Assembly: GCA_002269645.1 (NCBI GenBank)
Contig: NIVC01001585.1
Coordinates: forward strand, 124,001-188,000
DNA from: Macrostomum lignano
Lineage: Eukaryota
Length of the DNA stretch: 64,000 nt
Reading direction: 5' to 3'
The position numbers were made by a program, and so were the translations under genes. Each line of letters begins with the position of its first letter. Position 1 is the first letter of the stretch. The notes below the pieces were generated by a model. The model made no database searches and was not told the origin of the DNA. It was given only the letters and a program-made list of their open reading frames with translations. Shown here piece after piece: positions 26,627-39,549 of this stretch.

Positions 26627-27850
26627 TTAAACCGCTGAGGTGAAGTTTTCGTCGATCTCAGCCAACGAAGCATCATCCCCTGCTGCCCCCGCTCCCGGTG
26701 ACTCATCGGTCTGTCGCCTCTGCTGCGACTGCCACCGGCTAGAAGCAGACCCGCCGCCCCGCCTTATGGACTTGTTCTTCCGCTTCGAGTGCATCACGGC
26801 GGCTAGCAGGCTTAGGCCCGACTCCAGCTTGGCTTCGTCCCGCTTTCTAGTAAACCGGCGCATCAGAATCTCGATTGGCGCCCTGGCGAACAGGCAGCTG
26901 ATGCAGAGGAAGATCGACTGCAGCGCGTGCAGCATGTAGTGCGCGTACCACAGGCTGAGCCCGTCGCAGGCGGGGTTGAGCAGCAGGGCCAGCAGAGCGC
27001 TCAGCCATACAATTCCGCTTGAGACGGCGAATTTGCTCAACAGTAGAAAACTATTAATTGAGGCCCGGGTTCGATTCGACAGTCGACGCTCTTCGACCAT
27101 TGAGTCGACTATTCGCCTGAGCTGCAGCAGCGGCCACAGGTGCAGGGCGTACAGCAATAGCGCCGGGCTGGCCAGCAGGCAGGTGTACGCGCCGATCACC
27201 GGGCCGGGTTTAGACGAGCAGTTCCTGTCGCGGTACAAGAAGATCAGGCTGACCCGAGCATAGCCGGGATCCAGGCTGCTCAGCAGCGACCAGACTCGAG
27301 GAGAAGCGATCGTGGCGTTGCTGACCCGGGCGCTCCAGTTTCCATGGCTCCGAGCGGACTGGCGGCTGCTGTACACCGTGGCGAACAGGCCCAGCCCCAC
27401 CAGCAGGCCGGCCAGCAGGCCGCACAGCGCCAGACAGCGGACGAATCTCCGACAGCTCAACACCCGGATGAGAGCCTGGCGCCTTGCCTGGCGCCGCTCC
27501 TCGCGCCACAGAGTGAGCGCCGAGGCCAGGCTGAAGGCGGCTGCGAACAGCTGGCACAGGTGCGCGCCGGCGCCACTCAGCCCCAGAGCGATGGGCGACG
27601 CGGACTGATCTCGCAGCCGCTCGATGCCTCCGGCCAAAAGCTGCAGGAAGTTGCCAACCAGGTGCACAGTCAGCAGGGTCATCACGTAGCGGCCATACAG
27701 AGCCCGCATGTCCGGGATGCACGCTGCCAGGCCCCAGTGAATGCCCAGGGCGATCAGCGACACCGCCAGGCTGATGATGGGCAGCGGCACGAGGCCCTCG
27801 TCGGTGAAGACGGCGCCAGAGCTGCCGCCGACAACCCCCGCGCTCATGGC
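26627..27850 (-). CDS. Family-B (secretin/adhesion)-type, Methuselah-like 7TM GPCR; the 7TM region lies in one exon
   Basis: 406-aa GC-rich ORF with 7 hydrophobic segments. TM1-ICL1 (SLAVSLIAL..H...IPDMRALYGRY) and TM6-TM7 (GIVWL...LWYAHYMLHALQSIF) resemble Mth-like receptors. A TAG|GCC acceptor sits just 5' of the ATG; possible upstream phase-0 exon at 28675-28789. Confidence 0.8.
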   Translation of the reverse strand, partial: AMSAGVVGGSSGAVFTDEGLVPLPIISLAVSLIALGIHWGLAACIPDMRALYGRYVMTLLTVHLVGNFLQLLAGGIERLRDQSASPIALGLSGAGAHLCQLFAAAFSLASALTLWREERRQARRQALIRVLSCRRFVRCLALCGLLAGLLVGLGLFATVYSSRQSARSHGNWSARVSNATIASPRVWSLLSSLDPGYARVSLIFLYRDRNCSSKPGPVIGAYTCLLASPALLLYALHLWPLLQLRRIVDSMVEERRLSNRTRASINSFLLLSKFAVSSGIVWLSALLALLLNPACDGLSLWYAHYMLHALQSIFLCISCLFARAPIEILMRRFTRKRDEAKLESGLSLLAAVMHSKRKNKSIRRGGGSASSRWQSQQRRQTDESPGAGAAGDDASLAEIDENFTSAV

Positions 27851-28204
27851 CTACACAGCTGTTGCAGACTTATTGCAGCTTATCCGAAAGCACTTGGGCG
27901 GTCTGTTTGATCTTCTTTTTTTTTTAATGACGCGACAATCCTGAGCAGCTGTTGTCAAGCTAGTGGACCCTGCACTGCTGGGCCGGCCCTGTGTTATAAG
28001 GACTGTCAGTGGTATTTCTCCCCTGCATGTTCCTCCCTTCTCTTAGGTGTCTCTGATTGGTTGAGAGTCCGTGTGTAGTAGGGGAAGACTGCAGATAGAT
28101 GGGATGAGGCCACACAACCGGTTATTGGGCGGGGGGAGTCAGGCACTTCTATAGAAAAAAAGGAATCTGGAATTGAAGAGTGACTTTTAAATATGATTTC
28201 GATC

Positions 28205-28470
28205 TTCAGGCACCGGTTACCCCTTGCGGTTACCACTACAGGCACCGGTTTCCACTTCAGGCACCGGTTACCACTTCAGGCACCGGTTACCACTTCAGGC
28301 ACCGGTTACCACTTCAGGCACCGGTTACCACTTCAGGCATTTGTTTCCACTTCAGGCACCGGTTTCCACTTCAGACACCGTTTTCCACTTCAGACACCGG
28401 TTACCACTTCAGACACCGGTTACCACTTCAGACACCGGTTTCCACTTCAGGCACCGGGTTTCACTTCAGG
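28205..28470. repeat. 19-20-bp minisatellite (CACTTCAGGCACCGGTTAC)
   Basis: Tandem copies. Confidence 0.9.
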
Positions 28471-28859
28471 CACCCGGTTTGCACTTAAGCTACAAATTTC
28501 CACCTCAGCTACAGATCTCAGCCGCTACAGATGTTTTTATTCAGAACTCCACGGATGCAGAGATGCGAGAGCAATCTCTGTAGCATCCCACGCAGCAGGC
28601 GACACTGGACGTGCTGTGCTTGCATAATGAATGCATGCGACTCACAGACAGTGAGACAGAATCCAGAAGCTCACGGGCCAAAACGCCTCTTTAATTATTA
28701 AAAAGCGCTGGGAATCGCGCCTGATACCCGCGGCGAGGTCAGATGGAAATGGCCGCCGGCGTCCGGCCTGGAGGCAATTCATGCCGCGGCTAATGATATT
28801 AGAGCTTTTTCATTTTCCCCATGTCATAACTCGTGAGACTGACTGAATTGCATTTAATA

Positions 28860-29825
28860 CACTCCAACCAACACACTCAGCTACCAACACACTCAGCTAC
28901 CAACACACTCAGCTACCAACACACTCAGCTACCAACACACTCAGCTACCAACACACTCAGCTACCAACACACTCAGCTACCAACACACTCAGCTACCAAC
29001 ACACTCAGCTACCAACACACTCAGCTACCAACACACTCAGCTACCAACACACTCAGCTACCAACACACTCAGCTACCAACACACTCAGCTACCAACAAAA
29101 TCAGATACCAACACAATCAGATACCAACACACTCAGCTACTAAAACACTCAGCTACCAACACACTCAGCTACCAACACACTCAGTTCCCTCCGGGACAGC
29201 CCTGCAGCTAAGTCAACACACTCAGCTACCAACAAAATCACCTACCAACACACTCACCTACAAACACACTCACCTACAAACACACTCAGCTACCAACACA
29301 CTTAGCTACCAACAAAATCAGATACCAACACACTCAGCTACCAACACACTCAGCTACCAACACACTCAGCTACCAACACACTCAGCTACCAACACACTCA
29401 GCTACCAACACACTCAGCTACCAACACACTCAGCTACCAACACACTCAGCTACCAACACACTCAGCTACCAACACACTCAGCTACCAACACACTCAGCTA
29501 CCAACACACTCAGCTACCAACACAATCAGATACCAACACACTCAGATACCAACACACTCAGCTACTAAAACACTCAGCTACCAACACACTCAGATACCAA
29601 CACACTCAGCTACCAACACACTCAGCTACCAACAAAATCAGATACCAACACAATCAGATACCAACACACTCAGATACCAACACACTCAGCTACTAAAACA
29701 CTCAGCTACCAACACACTCAGCTACCAACACACTCAGCTACCAACACAATCAGATACCAACACACTCAGCTACTAAAACACTCAGCTACCAACACACTCA
29801 GCTACCAACACACTCAGCTACCAAG
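28860..29825. repeat. 16-bp minisatellite (CTCAGCTACCAACACA)
   Basis: About 60 tandem copies. Confidence 0.95.
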
Positions 29826-30269
29826 AACTCATAATTTAACAGACTTAGTCGGTACTCTACCCATGCAGTCAATATGTTGGCGTGAATGATCACATCAATT
29901 TACACATGTCAATGTGTACTCTGTCTTGCGAATCAAATGACAGACAAGAGCAGTCAACCATGCAGCAGAATGCTGTTTTTGTCTGCTTGATTGGGACACC
30001 ATAAGTGAAGCACTGCTCTTCACTTTGGCAATAACGAAGCAGCACCTAATTAACTAAGCTGTTTGGGGATTACCGCCGAAATTACTTCCCAAATTTTCTA
30101 GGTCCAGTACAAAATGTACTTTAAGTACGACTATAGGCTATAGCTTAAAGTATAGCGGCTCCACTCCTTTGATCCCCTGAGCAGTCACACTCTCACAGAG
30201 GGTGTACAGCAGGCATGAATATCTCCTTCGTCCGGCATGTACATTTACATTCTCAGTGCCTTGTGGTCA

Positions 30270-30815
30270 TCACACGGGTCAGTGCCACTCAGGTTGGCGC
30301 CAGTGTCACACGGGTCAGTGTCACTCAGGTTGGCGCCAGTGTCACTCAGGTTGGCGCCAGTGTCACACGGGTCAGTGTCACTCAGGTTGGCGCCAGTGTC
30401 ACTCAGGTTGGCGCCAGTGTCACACGGGTTGGCGCCAGTGTCACACGGGTCAGTGTCACTCAGGTTGGCGCCAGTGTCACTCAGGTTGGCGCCAGTGTCA
30501 CACGGGTTGGCGCCAGTGTCACACGGGTTGGCGCCAGTGTCACACGGGTCAGTGTCACTCAGGTTGGCGCCAGTGTCACACGGGTTGGCGCCAGTGTCAC
30601 TCAGGTTGGCGCCAGTGTCACTCAGGTTGGCGCCAGTGTCACACGGGTTGGCGCCAGTGTCACACAGGTTGGCGCCAGTGTCACTCAAGTTGGCGCCAGT
30701 GTCACACAGGTTGGCGCCAGTGTCACACAGGTTGGCGCGACTGTCACACGGGTTGGCGCCAGTGTCACACAGGTTGGCGCCACTGTCACACGGGTTGGCG
30801 CCAGTGTCACACAGG
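30270..30815. repeat. 21-bp minisatellite (GGTTGGCGCCAGTGTCACACG) with shorter subunits
   Basis: Tandem copies. Confidence 0.93.
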
Positions 30816-31299
30816 TCCTCTTTTGCTTCTAAAAGAAACTACTCTACAACACCGGACGCTCCTGCCTGCTGCTGCATGTTGGTCATGCATACAACAGATT
30901 GCTCATCAAACATTACCTTTCGCCTGCATGCTCTGCTGCTATAAATGGGAAAAATGGGATAATTTTTTAGAGGAAGGGTAAAGGGGTTAAAACGACATAA
31001 GCCAGCTGCACCGGATCGCCTGTGATCCCAAATCCCATAATCTGAACTTCCTTTAAAGTAGACAAAAAATAATCCAGGAACTAGCATTGCTGTGTGATTG
31101 TCATTAGCCCAGCTTCTGTAATGGCGCCTCAGAAACTGATAGATTCTTCATCCATGGCTGCACTGGAGGGTTGAAAGCTCTTTGAGTTTCATGCTCAAGT
31201 GCTTCGGTTTCATTTCTATCAAAAGTCATTCGATTGAATATGATACGGCGTTTCTTGAAATAGCTATAGAGATTCTTGGAATCAAAGAGGATTCTTTAT

Positions 31300-33000
31300 A
31301 CATAGGCGGTTCTTGGAATAATGCTGATTTTTGGAATAAGGGGCGATTCTTGGAATGATGGCGATTCTTGGAATGATGGCGATTCTTGGAATGATGGCGA
31401 TTCTTGGAATAATGCTGATTTTTGAAATAAGGGGCGATTCTTGGTATGATGGCGATTCTTGAAATGATGGCGATTCTTGGAATGATGGCGATTCTTGAAA
31501 TGATAGCGATTCTTGGAATAATGGCGATTCTTAGAATGATGGCGATTCTCAGATTGATGGCGATTCTTGGAATGATGGCGATTCTTGGAATGATGGCGGT
31601 TCTTGGAATGATGGCGATTCTTAAAAAGATGGCGATTCTTAAAAAGATGGCGATTCTTAAAAAGATGGCGATTCTTGGAATGATGGCGATTCTTGGAATG
31701 ATGGCGATTCTTGGGATGATGGCGATTTTTGGAATGATGGCAATTCTTGGAATAAGGCGCGATTCTTGGAATGATGGCGATTCTTGGAATGATGGCGATT
31801 CTTAAAAAGATTCTTGGAATGATAGCGATTCTTGGGATGATGGCGATTCTTGAGATGATGGCGATTCTTGGAATGATGGCGATTCTTGGAATGATGTCGA
31901 TTCTTGGAATGATAGCGATTCTTGGAATGGTGGCAATTCTTGGAATGATGGCAATTCTTGGAATAAGGGGCGATTCTTGGAATGACGACGATTCTGGGAA
32001 TGACGGCGATTCTTAGAATGGTGGCGATACTTGGAATGATGGCAATTCTTGAAATGATGGCGATTATTCGAATGATGGCAATTCTTGGAATAAAGGCGAT
32101 TTTTGGAATGATGGCGATTTTGGAATAAGGGCGAGTCTTGAAATAAAGGGCGATTCTTGGAATATAGAGGTTCTTATAAAACTGTTAGGAGTATAGAAGA
32201 AATTTTGGGAATATAGAGATTTTTGGAATATACAGATTTTGGGAATATAGAGATTTTGGGAACATAGAGATTTTGGGAATATAGAGATTTGGGAATGAAG
32301 GCTTTTTTAAAATGAGGACGATTCTTTGAATGAGGGCGATTCTTGGAATAAGCGTGATTATTGGAATAAGCGTGATTATTGGAATAAGCGTGATTATTGG
32401 AATAAGCGTGATTATTGGAATAAGCGTGATGATTGGAATAAGCGTGATTATTGGAATAAGCGTGATGATTGGAATAAGCGTGATTATTGGAATAAGCGTG
32501 ATGATTGGAATAAGCGTGATTATTGGAATAAGCGTGATGATTGGAATAAGCGTGATGATTGGAATAAGCGTGATTATTGGAATAAGCGTGATGATTGGAA
32601 TAAGCGTGATGATTGGAATAAGCGTGATTATTGGAATAAGCGTGATGATTGGAATAAGCGTGATGATTGGAATAAGCGTGATTATTGGAATAAGCGTGAT
32701 GATTGGAATAAGCGTGATGATTGGAATAAGCGTGATTATTGGAATAAGCGTGATGATTGGAATAAGCGTGATGATTGGAATAAGCGTGATTATTGGAATA
32801 AGCGTGATGATTGGAATAAGCGTGATTATTGGAATAAGCGTGATGATTGGAATAAGCGTGATGATTGGAATAAGCGTGATTATTGGAATAAGCGTGATTA
32901 TTGGAATAAGCGTGATGATTGGAATAAGCGTGATGATTGGAATAAGCGTGATGATTGGAATAAGCGTGATTATTTGAATAAGCGTGATGATTGGAATAAG
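31300..33000. repeat. Two related 18-bp minisatellites: GATTCTTGGAATGATGGC (about 31300-32165) and TTGGAATAAGCGTGAT(G/T)A (about 32340-33000)
   Basis: Tandem periodicity; shared TTGGAAT core. Confidence 0.95.
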
Positions 33001-33411
33001 GACGATTCCCGGAAAAGATTGCATTTCCTAGAAAGTCGGTGGTGATGGTTTTTGGCACGATTCTTGTATCCTGGCTCAGCCAAGCCAGCCATTGAAAATG
33101 ATTCCCGGGAACGGAAAGGTGAGCATATTGATTAATAGGGTATCTCAGAATGTAGGGCCTGCCCAAGCCATTAGCGGCGGTCCGGATCCATTCACAGTCA
33201 TAATTCACCCCAGCGCGCCAACTCTAAAGCACTGGAACAATATAAGCGCGAGAGGTGATGATTTTCTCTCTGGGAGAAAAATTGCGAATCTATAGAAGCT
33301 ATCGAACTCGTATGTTATGGATTGCAACGGTCGAACTTTCTGATGAAGGCGAGTGTACCTCCAGCTTCACCTCCATGCAAGGCTGGATAATTAATTTCAT
33401 GGAAAAGGTAG

Positions 33412-34587
33412 TTATTTTCTTTCATCTACGAGCTGGGATTCTATAAATTTGCTCATCAGCAGGGCACTCATTTTTCAAAACGCGCAATGAGGCGGATGCG
33501 AGTGTGAAGACCAGGGTTTTCAGTTTTTTTAGGTTTTTTCTAAGATTTTCTGCGTAAGGTAACATAGATTCTAGAAACTATTTAGCTTGAAGTCCCCATT
33601 TGAGATTTAGACACTGATTAGGTGACCCAGGTGAGATTTAGGCACTAATTAGGCGACCCAGGTGAGATTTAGGCACTGATTAGGTGGCTCAGGTGAGATT
33701 TAGGAACTAATTAGGTGTCCCAAGTGAGATTTAGGAACTAATTAGGTTCCCCAGGTAAGATTTAGGCAGCCCATGTGAGATTTAGGAACTAATTAGGTGG
33801 CCCAGGTGAGATTTAGGCACTGATTAGGTGGCCCAGGTGAGATTTAGGCACTGATTAGGTGGCCCAGGTGAGATTTAGGCACTGATTAGGTGGCCCAGGT
33901 GAGATTTAGGCACTGATTAGGTGGCCCAGGTGAGATTTAGGCACTGTATAGGTGGCTCAGATGAGATTTAGGAACTAATTGGGTGGCCTGGGTGAGATTT
34001 AGGCAGTGATTAGGTGCCCTAGGTGAGATTTAGGAACTAATTAGGTTCCCCAGGTAAGCTTTAAGCACTGATTGTGTTGGTTTGTGACTGGTCTTGACTA
34101 GTCAATAACCAGTTTTAAACCCCACTGCACTGCCTTGTATTGCTTTACATACGTTCTCTCTCCCTCTGTCCGCGCTGTCGGGGGGGGGGGGGGGGGGTGC
34201 TTGGCTCTGGTGGGGTGGCGGCCTGGTGGGGTGGGTTTAAGCCTCTCCTTCCTCTCTCCCTTTTATTGGCGTCTCGCCCAGTTGACTCTGCGTTTTTGGC
34301 TGCCTGCGTAAGCTCAAAATGTTTTTTCTTTAAAGTTTTTACATTTCCAATTTTCTTGCATCGCTGTTTGCATTCGTGATGCCAAATACACTTTTCATTC
34401 GAGCTGTTGGGGCTGATGGGGTTGCTTCCGCGCATCCTCTTTCGTGCCAATGCTGCTCTTGATTCTTCTTTGGGTTTAATACGAGTAGGTGACCCAGCTG
34501 AGATTTTAGGCACTAATTACCATTAAGATAATCAAGCATCATATGCTGCTGAGCCTTGGCATCTAAGCAATTCTCCTTTTGAGCCAT
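33412..34587 (-). CDS. Putative unknown basic protein (gene B, about 136 aa); exons 34521-34587, 34153-34467, 33412-33440
   Basis: TAG|GCCATG start context and phase-1/phase-1 GT-AG junctions (53-nt intron; then an intron holding the 31-bp minisatellite, GTATGT donor). Reads MAQKENCLDAKAQQHMMLDYLNEEESRAALARKRMRG...RQRGQREREQSQLVDERK*. Confidence 0.45.
33600..34070. repeat. 31-bp minisatellite (GGTGAGATTTAGGCACTGATTAGGTGGCCCA)
   Basis: About 15 tandem copies. Confidence 0.92.
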
Positions 34588-35269
34588 GGCCTAACCCTAA
34601 CCCTAGCCCCTTGCGCCAGCCGCATCAGCTTGGAAAAGAGCTGCTCTACTAATCCAGATTATCATTTTTAAGTTCCTTAGACTCCTCGTGCCAGAGATTA
34701 GAGCTCAGCCGACTATTGGGGAAGGCGAAACCTTACTGCATGTTATTGATATGCTTTCTGACATCCCTTTGCTGTTTCTGGGAATAATTAGCGAAAAAAG
34801 ATATGATGCAGGAGACTGTGGGGTGTTGCTAGGCGAATCTCTCATCCCTCGAAACGTGTGTCTAATTTTACATTGCCTCTCTATATATATATCTACCATC
34901 TCTTCTCATCTAATAATTTCCATACAGCAGTCCAATTACAGACTGAGCTGACCAGTTACTCATTTGCTGTGTAATATTAGCGCTTAATTTGGCTATTGTC
35001 AGTGTCATACCAATAGCATAGTTACTAGTACATTATATAATTACTATAGAAGGTTTTGTTAATGATTTGTTCATTTGCTTGGTTGCTCGATCGATTATTG
35101 AATTATCGCCCTCCGGACTGGCACCGTGTCCGCAGTAGCACTGCAGGTACTGTTATAGTCCAATCATATATTTGGGCTGCATACGCTTGCTCACTTGCCC
35201 AGCAACTAAACTCTTGGAAGGGAAGCGAATCCAGGAATTTTGCATGTTTGAGCGGAAGTTTGATTGGAC

Positions 35270-37800
35270 ATGCTGTAGTGACAGAGTGGAGATGCTGTTG
35301 TGACAGAGTGGAGATGCTGTAGTGACAGAGTGGAGATGCTGTTGTGACAGAGTGGAGATGCTGTAGTGACGGAGTGGAGATGCTGTTGTGACAAAGTGGA
35401 GATGCTGTTGTGACAGAGTGGAGATGCTGTTGTGACAGGGGTGGAGATGCTGTTGTGACAGAGTGGAGATGCTGTTGTGACAGGGGTGGAGATGCTGTAG
35501 TGACAGAGTGGAGATGCTGTTGTGACAGGGGTGGAGATGCTGTTGTGACAGAGTGGAGATGCTGTTGTGACAGAGTGGAGATGCTGTTGTGACAGAGTGG
35601 AGATGCTGTAGTGACAGAGTGGAGATGCTGTTGTGACAGAGTGGAGATGCTGTTGTGACAGGGGTGGAGATGCTGTTGTGACAGAGTGGAGATGCTGTTG
35701 TGACAGGGGTGGAGATGCTGTAGTGACAGAGTGGAGATGCTGTTGTGACAGGGGTGGAGATGCTGTTGTGACAGAGTGGAGATGCTGTTGTGACAGAGTG
35801 GAGATGCTGTTGTGACAGAGTGGAGATGCTGTTGTGACAGAGTGGAGATGCTGTTGTGACAGAGTGGAGATGCTGTTGTGACAGGGGTGGAGATGCTGTA
35901 GTGACAGAGTGGAGATGCTGTTGTGACAGGGGTGGAGATGCTGTAGTGACAGAGTGGAGATGCTGTTGTGACAGGGGTGGAGATGCTGTAGTGACAGAGT
36001 GGAGATGCTGTTGTGACAGAGTGGAGATGCTGTTGTGACAGGGGTGGAGATGCTGTAGTGACAGAGTGGAGATGCTGTTGTGACAGGGGTGGAGATGCTG
36101 TAGTGACAGAGTGGAGATGCTGTTGTGACAGAGTGGAGATGCTGTTGTGACAGGGGTGGAGATGCTGTAGTGACAGAGTGGAGATGCTGTTGTGACAGGG
36201 GTGGAGATGCTGTAGTGACAGAGTGGAGATGCTGTTGTGACAGAGTGGAGATGCTGTTGTGACAGGGGTGGAGATGCTGTAGTGACAGAGTGGAGATGCT
36301 GTTGTGACAGGGGTGGAGATGCTGTTGTGACAGAGTGGAGATGCTGTTGTGACAGGGGTGGAGATGCTGTAGTGACAGAGTGGAGATGCTGTTGTGACAG
36401 GGGTGGAGATGCTGTAGTGACAGAGTGGTGATGCTGTAGTAACAGGGGTGGAGATACTGTAGTGACAGGGGTGGAGATGCTGTTGTGACAGGGGTGGAGA
36501 TGCTGTAGTGACAGGGGTGGAGATGCTGTTGTGACAGGGGTGGAGATGCTGTAGTGACAGGGGTGGAGATGCTGTAGTGACAGAGTGGTGATGCTGTTGT
36601 GACAGGGGTGGAGATGCTGTAGTGACAGGGGTGGAGATGCTGTTGTGACAGGGGTGGAGATGCTGTTGTGACAGGGGTGGAGATGCTGTTGTGACAGGGG
36701 TGGAGATGCTGTAGTGACAGGGGTGGAGATGCTGTAGTGACAGGGGTGGAGATGCTGTAGTGACAGGGGTGGAGATGCTGTAGTGACAGAGTGGTGATGC
36801 TGTAGTAACAAGGGTGGAGATACTGTAGTGACAGGGGTGGAGATGCTGTTGTGACAGGGGTGGAGATGCTGTAGTGACAGGGGTGGAGATGCTGTTGTGA
36901 CAGGGGTGGAGATGCTGTAGTGACAGGGGTGGAGATGCTGTTGTGACAGGGGTGGAGATGCTGTTGTGACAGGGGTGGAGATGCTGTAGTGGCAGGGGTG
37001 GAGATGCTGTAGTGACAGGGGTGGAGATGCTGTAGTGACAGGGGTGGAGATGCTGTTGTGACAGGGGTGGAGATGCTGTAGTGACAGGGGTGGAGATGCT
37101 GTTGTGACAGGGGTGGAGATGCTGTAGTGACAGGGGTGGAGATGCTGTAGTGACAGAGTGGAGATGCTGTTGTGACAGAGTGGAGATGCTGTAGTGACAG
37201 AGTGGAGATGCTGTAGTGACAGAGTGGAGATGCTGTAGTGACAGGGGGTGGAGATACTGTAATGGCAGGGGTGGAGATGGTGCAGTGACAGGGGTGGAGA
37301 TGCTGTTGTGACAGAGTGGAGATGCTGTAGTGACAGGGGTTGGAGATACTGTAATAGCAGGGGCGGAGATGCTGTAGTGACAGGGGCGGAGATGCTATAG
37401 TGACAGAGCGTAGATGCTGTATTGACAGGGTGATGCTGTTGTGACAGGGGGTGAAAGATGCTGTTGTGACAGGGGGTGAAAGATGCTGTAGTGACAGGGG
37501 TGGAGATGCTGTAGTGACAGAGTGGAGATGCTGTTGTGACAGGGGTGGAGATGCTGTTGTGACAGGGGGTGGAGATGCTGTTGTGACAGGGGGTGAAAGA
37601 TGCTGTAGCGACAGGGGTGGAGATGCTGTAGTGACAGGGGTGGAGATGCTGTAGTGACAGGGGTGGAGATGCTGTTGTGACAGGGGTGGAGATGCTGTAG
37701 TGACAGGGGTGGAGATGCTGTAGTGACAGGGGTGGAGATGCTGTAGTGACAGGGGTGGAGATGCTGTAGTGACAGGGGCGGAGATGCTGTAGTGACAGGG
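35270..37800. repeat. 22-bp minisatellite (GTGACAG(A/G)GTGGAGATGCTGT(T/A))
   Basis: More than 110 tandem copies. Confidence 0.97.
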
Positions 37801-39057
37801 TTGTAGAAACAGAAAAAGCGCATAAAAGACTGTAGCAGCTCTGAGCTTGGCCGCATAAAGGAGGCGCGTGACTCCTACTTTAAAAGTTTAAATGATGGCA
37901 ATTTCTTTTTAGGCTCCAATTTCTTCTTAGCTCATTTAATTCTCAAAGATCCAGGCTCCGTGAAGATTAGTGGGTCGAAGAATAATTTTGAGATGAAAAG
38001 CAACTGCTCACTAGTTGGATACCGGGTCGCTTGGAATCAATAATTCACTTACGCTGGCTGATAAAGTGAGATTGAGAACTCCAGTTCAAGACCTGAACCT
38101 AATTGATTATTATAATCAATACTTTCCTTCTTGTGAGAAGTGTCAGACAATGTCTGAGCTTACCTACTTGCAATAGAAACCTTAGTTTCGCGATGTTTTT
38201 AGCTTAACAATATGAATTAACAAATAAATAGTTGCAAAGTTCAGTTTCGGTGTACGAGTAGTTTAAAGCACTGCTGTGTTGTCAACAAAAATCTATTTTA
38301 TCTTGTATTTCATTGGAACAATGAAATATGCAGTACATTAATATGAGAAAATCCAATACAAAATCGCTACAACACAGCCAAACCAGCAGCCGTTTGTGTC
38401 TTTGTAACAAATAGAATTTATAAAGAAACTCTCATATTTCATATTTGCTCATAAAAGTTATAGTTTACGTTGAACTTTAACGATAAATAAATATTACAGA
38501 TTAGCTTGGATGGGCCTCTAGCTGGGACGGATAGAGGGAACAATTAAAATAAAACAAATGTACATATAATTTCGTCCCCTGAAGCGTTCTAAACGTACAT
38601 GTCGTTCTATTTTTAGCCAGAATGTACATTGGAAGTTTCAGTGACGAAAGGAACAGAGATTTACCCAGCAACCTAGACTAGATAGGGATTCCGGAAAATT
38701 ACCCATCTAGTCAGGTGGACCCACGCTGGACAAAATCAGTCAGTCTGGGCACAGGATTGAGGTTTTTTGGGAGGCCTCTTGGGACGCTGCCGTTGGACAA
38801 GAGAAAGTACGGGATTCGCATTGATTCTAGAATATTCTAGAATCAGAATTCTAGAAGGAAAACCTGGTGGTATTCTATTTTTAGACTGCAGACTGCCGAG
38901 GCTTCCCGAACTAGGTCCAGCCCAGTCCACCGTGGACCAATATAGACCAGTGCTACATGCACGTAGGTTTCTGTCTCTGGTTGGACCGTTACTGTACATT
39001 TGCTAACCGGAATGTACATAGGAAGTCTTGGACGGTTAGGTTAAATTATTAATGAGT

Positions 39058-39495
39058 TTATTGCGGCTGATAGACGACAACGCCGACAATAAACAACACC
39101 AATTCCAATAACAGGAAGACCAGATACACGATACAGAGAATGAACTCCAAGCGGAGAACGTAGGTCTGCCAGACAGCGAAGAAGGCAAACCCAACGCCGC
39201 TAAACAGGCTGTAGACTATAACGGAGATTGCCGCACCCTTGGCCTCGAGTATGTTGCCAAGATTGGCAATCCGCAGTCTGAATATCTCCATGAATGCTAA
39301 TATAAATAGTAGGCAAACTTCTTGAGGTAGGATGCCGGTTACAAATGGCAGATTTTCGCCTTTCCACACGAACAGGCCAACTTCGATCACCATGAAGAAG
39401 GCCAAGTAGTATGCGTTCAGGAATATCGCTCGCTGGGCTAACTGGACACTTTTCACAAGGCGGCTCTTGCCGCGGGTCACCACTTTCAGGGTCAT
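39058..39495 (-). CDS. TMEM216: TMEM216/TMEM17/TMEM80-family ciliary transition-zone protein, copy b (single coding exon, 145 aa)
   Basis: Four TM segments; FLNAYY, WKGENLPF, RL...GN and WQTYVLRLE match the family. Acceptor at 39505-39506, 9 nt upstream of the ATG. Orthology within the family is uncertain. Confidence 0.85.
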   Translation of the reverse strand: MTLKVVTRGKSRLVKSVQLAQRAIFLNAYYLAFFMVIEVGLFVWKGENLPFVTGILPQEVCLLFILAFMEIFRLRIANLGNILEAKGAAISVIVYSLFSGVGFAFFAVWQTYVLRLEFILCIVYLVFLLLELVLFIVGVVVYQPQ

Positions 39496-39549
39496 TGTTC
39501 AGAGCTGCGGAAATAAATGTTATTAATAACGGTTTAGTAACTTATCCAG

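Noticed and set aside
33080-33410. Plus-strand mini-exons with GT-AG signals (33080-33118 and neighbours)
   Set aside because: Could not be chained in consistent phase to a start or stop; they may be the antisense 3' UTR of gene B.
33400-33470. Hammerhead ribozyme (CTGATGAG on the minus strand; also CTGATGA at 59281 and TTGATGAG in the 41-bp array)
   Set aside because: No stem II closing onto GAAA and no stem I/III could be formed.
34591-34606. Interstitial telomere (CTAACCCTAACCCTAG)
   Set aside because: Only about two TTAGGG units, which is within chance and overlaps a plausible splice acceptor.
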